DNA of 64,000 bases from Marsupella aquatica (lineage: Eukaryota; Plantae; Marchantiophyta). Below the pieces are notes generated by a model that saw only the letters and a program-made list of their open reading frames with translations, did no database searches and was not told where the DNA came from. Each line of letters opens with the position of its first letter. Position 1 is the stretch's first letter. Of this stretch, positions 59,757-64,000 are shown one piece after another. A program made the translations under genes and the position numbers. The stretch spans positions 32,437,208 through 32,501,207 of the forward strand of contig OZ316891.1 of assembly GCA_973895155.1 (NCBI GenBank), written 5' to 3'.

Positions 59757-61055
59757 ATCCCTTGTAACAAGATATAATTAAAATGGGCATGTTATGACCA
59801 AAACATACCACAAAATGATATAAATCAAAGTTCCCAAATAATGATGACAAGAAACCCAAACCAAAATGACCATAGCAATAAAAAAGGTACCTTTATGAGA
59901 CCCGGGCTCAGCAGTGCCAATAGGTCTTGTGGCTCTAAGATAATTAATGAACCCAATCTGAAAGTATGAGGGAAAAGCTGCAACCATTCCATGTATATGT
60001 AAGCACAATAATCTGGACCAGACAAGAACAAAAAACCCTATATACATGTCCCCTTTATACATAGTGGCAACCAAAAGTGTTAAGTACATGAAAGGAACAC
60101 TTTAGCCGATCATGCAATGTTTACCTTTCAGATGCTCGGGCTCTCACAATGCATATGCATTAGTATCAAATCATCAAAAAGTGCCGCACCCTGCAAGCTA
60201 TCATATATTCCTCTCCTTTGTTAGCAAAACCCACGCCAATCCCCTTTTGATTCATAAACCCAATGAACCTCTCTTAAACCCAAAAGGCTGCAATATAAAT
60301 CTCATGAAACCTTGCTTTGTCTTATCCAAACCTTCAACCCCAAACCGCATCCTACCTATTAAACCTAAATCTGACTTACACACAAACCCAAACCTTTCTT
60401 CAACCCTAGAGACCTTTCTATTTAAAAACCCCAAACCCTAAAACCCTAAACCCAAACCTTACTTATTTCTTGTAAACCAAATCCCACACCTTTATTATTT
60501 CTTCTAAACTAATGTAAACCCAAACCTTAGCCTAAACCAACACCATACATAACCCATTAACCTGAAATCTGCCTAACCCTGCAAACCCGCCTTCAACTAT
60601 TATCTAACACCCAAAACATGGCCAAAAAGCATTCCAAATATGAGTATAGAGGGGTCCACTTCACCTTTGAAAAAAACCCTTTCAAATGAAGCCAACATTC
60701 CCCCAGGACGAGTTGCCAATGTCTTGCGAAGCCGCTTCCTTCGCAAATACCATCACAAATTAGAATTGAGGTTTGCGAAGCTGCTGCTTTCGCACGACCT
60801 TCAGAAAAACAGAGCCCGAGAGCATTTCTACGAGAGAGCGAAGGTGTTGCAAAGCCTTTCACGTCGCAATGGTTTCGCAAAATTGAGAAACTATATGCGA
60901 AACAAGAAGAATCGCAAATTGCAAAACGGGTTGCTTTGCAAGTCTTTCCCGCTTGTACTTTTGCACTCGGCCGCGGCGTACTCAGCGGCATTTGACAAAT
61001 TTCAAGCGTAGGGAGGGAGAAGGGAGCTCGCGCGCGCTCGGGGGGTGGCTTGGCT

Positions 61056-61431
61056 ATGGATTCCAGTGGAGCAAATGGAGGTGATGGGGCAGGGGTGAGT
61101 GACAGTGGCAATGGGAATGAAGGCAATGGGGAGCAGGAGAGGAATCGATGGACCGATTTGATGGCTGAGCACCTCAATGCAGCACAGTTGAGCCACTTAG
61201 ATTTGACTACACCAGCAAGGATTGCTTCTTTGAGTGCAATCCTTGGGCAAGCCTTGCAAACGGGAGTAGATGTAGGGAACATTGCAAGGGAGGAGGAGCA
61301 AAGGAGTGCAGCTCAACAGAAGGCAAGAGAGAAGAAGCGTAAGAAGGAGGAGAGGGCCAAGGTAGGAGTAGTCTCACCTGCTGCCCTAGAAAAGAAGAGG
61401 AGGAGAGAGGAACGAGATGAGATAAGAGCAC
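61056..61431 (+). CDS. 5' part of a divergent second CACTA ORF, interrupted by LTR A
   Basis: MDSSGANGG...basic KKRKKEER/EKKRRREER; the ORF runs into the LTR at 61432. Confidence 0.4.
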
Positions 61432-64000
61432 TGTGGTGCGTCCCATGGCTCCCTAAACCCAAGAAACCCCCCCAGCACAAGCCGATTCCCACAGGTTTTG
61501 CGCTTGGCGGGGCCGTTTCCGTGGCTTAGCGGCATGGGACGCTGCTAACTTCTTCCTCTACATCTATTAACATTTTACACACATATACTGGACAGATCCT
61601 TCATCGGGTCATGAGATATGAAGCCGGCCTACTCTAGGCCTTCCCTTATCTTTCTCTCCTTCTGGTTAGGTATATTTGGATTTCGCCGCCGGAATGATCC
61701 CCAATAGGCTTGGTTAAGCCGCTAAGACCTCTCTCAGCTCGACACATCCAACTCTCACTCCCTTGCTTACCTTCCTTTCCCTATTAGTTGATGTGGGCAC
61801 TCTTCACACAAGTTAATGCGACACACAAATAGTAAAATGACTCCTTCTGACTGAGTCATACCATGCACTTGCCATACAAACAGTACATCTCATACACAAG
61901 CTCTGCGAACTAAGCCGTGAGGCCAACTCTATTCAGCTCTTAGGCATGAGGAAACATGAATATACACAAGGTCACGGTATGACTAACCGAGAGCTTCTCT
62001 TACTACTTGATCCCAGCCCGGCTGGTGCAAACTAAAAACTTGCTAAAGAAGAGGCCCTGAGCTCCCCGCAGCCTAGGTATTTATCCTGGTAGCGGATCCG
62101 CCTAATTCTTTGCAGCGTAAGCCTAATCTACCTAACAGTAATCTACCTGTCCGGAGCTACCTATGTACAGCAAGGCAAGGGCACAAGTGTTGCTCCTACC
62201 AGTGGAACCGCAATCCCACTAAGCTAAGTGTCAGGGCCACTCCTGGTCCTGATCCTAATCTTAAACCTGGAGATCAGCGCCCGGCCCACTCACGCCTCCT
62301 ACCTCCACGTCCGCCCTTCCTAAAAGGAACGGCGCCCTTGCACCGTCACGATACCGGTGGTGGATCCTCAATGGACGCCCCCAATGCTTCCTCCTCAGCC
62401 ACTGCCGTTGGCCCGCCTACTGACAGATTACCTGCCCTTGACCGAGTCAACTCTCCCTCGGCCTGACTGGGTCCATCTTCGGCTTCGGCCTCGACACCGG
62501 CCTCGGCAATACCCACGGCTTCGGCTTCAGCCACTCCCACGGCTTCGGCTTCACCTTCTTCTAGGGTAGTTGGATCCTTAGCCGTGACCCTGTCTGGGGT
62601 CGGTGCTGGGTCTACCTCCTTGGTCACCACGGCCTGTGGAGTCGTATTACTCCTTGACCCAGAAGGTTTCCGCTTCTTCTTCATTGCCGGCTCGGCAGCT
62701 GGTCCCTTCCCCTTCCCACTTACTTTCAGCACTGGTGCAGGTGGCGCGGTTTGTTCTTCGGCCAGTACCACTCCTGGTAACTGGTTCGCCCCAACGGGAG
62801 ATGGACTTGCTGCAGCTAAGCATTTAAATACTGCGGCTTGTTTCTTTAGCCGCTCTGTTTGGTTGTCGGCCCGCCGCTGTAGGTTCTCCATCTTCCTCGT
62901 GATTTCCTCCAACTCCTCTTGGGTCTCATCCAGGTCCTTACGTGCCCCCTCCAGCTCTCTGTGGGCTTCCTCCTGCTCTTTGTGGGCTTCTTCCAATTCC
63001 TTCTTCAAGGTAGCCCTCTCCTCCTGGGTTGCTCTTAGCTCTTTGTCGAGCTCTGTCACGATTTCAGACTCCATTTTATCCATCTTGGCATAAGTCTGAC
63101 CGAGCATATCGTCCTTCTCCTTTAGGTCGGCTTTGAAGCTGGCCGTTAGGGATGCAAGCTCTTGCTGCAGCGCAATAATCCCTTGATAGGATTTCCCTAA
63201 CTCGGCCTCCTTCTGCTGAAGGGCTCCGCGGCTTTTCTCGAGCTCCCCCTTCAACGCCCATTCCTTTCTTTGGGTCTCCGCCATGACCCGGTTGTTGACT
63301 GCTATATGGGCCTCCTCTGCGTTTCTCAGCTCCTTCTTCCATTTCTCCCTGTCCTTGATTGCATCGGCCAATTCTCCCTGGGCCTGAGTCAGTTTATCCT
63401 TGATAATCTGACTATCCGCCTGCGCTATGTCCAACTGCCCCTGCATGATATTTAGCTCATGCCGTTTAATCCGTAGCTCATCTTGGGCTTTCTTGGCTGT
63501 CCTTAGATCTTCAATCTCGGCTTCCATCCTCCTAAGCCGCCGGATGACCTCGTCCTTCTTGCTTCTCTCTAAAGCCACCGCTTCTTCTAATTGGTGCTTC
63601 TCCAACTGCTCCCTATGGAAAAAGGGTCCTACCTCCAACTCCTCCCCAAAGATGCCGAGCGCAAGTTCCCCACACATCTCACCATACTCCATGGCTCTAT
63701 TCTTAGCGTAGGTGGAGTAAGTAGAAGTGATCGGCATCACCCAACGCGGCCTCTGCTCCCAAGCCGTCTTGCGGATCTCTTCAATCGTGGCTAGAGGTTT
63801 GCTTCCTTTTTTGGCTAGCCGCCTGATGTCCTCCGGCCAATCTCCTCCTGGTAAATCCTTTTCCCTAGCCAGGGCTGCCTCCTCTCCCTGCCTGATTCGC
63901 TCCTGAAATTCCTGCACTGTCTGTTTTATGCCGTCAAAGCTCGGGGGAGCAACATCTGGTGGAGGAGACTCAGGGCTACTCTGCTGGTTGGGGTCCCCTC
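61432..64000 (-). repeat. LTR A copy 4 (runs off the window) with the 3' part of the accessory ORF (62346-64000)
   Basis: Starts TGTGGTGCGTCCCATGG like the other LTR A copies; homologous coiled-coil ORF. Confidence 0.9.

Larger units (their letters stand above)
54005..61431 (-). mobile_element. CACTA/En-Spm DNA transposon (other end outside the window)
   Basis: Terminus CACTACAACA at 54005 sits exactly where the Gypsy pol breaks; subterminal TTGCGA/TCGCAA repeats; TnpD-like transposase. Confidence 0.85.

Noticed and set aside
60410-60590. AAACCCT(A) repeats as a telomere remnant
   Set aside because: Degenerate and dispersed; more like telo-box or low-complexity promoter DNA upstream of the CACTA gene.

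Overview
Eukaryotic DNA, probably from a land plant (GT-AG introns, TTTAGGG repeats, plant-type TEs). It is almost entirely nested transposons and contains no clear host gene. (1) Three copies of a Mutator-like DNA transposon family (1-2649, 13359-19460, 19461-27422) encode a GCM/WRKY-like + MULE DDE + SWIM transposase. Two copies also keep a divergently transcribed ParB-like gene, whose amino-methyltransferase-like C-terminus survives in the third copy. About 26 copies of a 15-bp palindrome, TAGCGCCNGGCGCTA, lie in their introns and intergenic DNA. (2) A second cassette (about 43.4-49.2 kb) has an F-box-like ORF, a diverged ParB-like + beta-class amino-MTase gene and a Ulp1 protease, with its own ~45-bp palindrome (core GGGATAC-N3-GTATCCC) arrayed upstream and in an intron. 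(3) An Athila/Tat-like Ty3/Gypsy family has 4.3-4.6 kb LTRs that each contain a >1100-aa ORF (four LTR copies). (4) There is also a second LTR family, a degenerate Gypsy of a different RT type, and a 296-bp MITE. (5) A CACTA element has a SET domain between its transposase exons. The main candidate novelty is a transposon-encoded ParB-MTase paired with family-specific, parS-like palindrome arrays. All domain calls are from motif recognition by eye; no searches were run.
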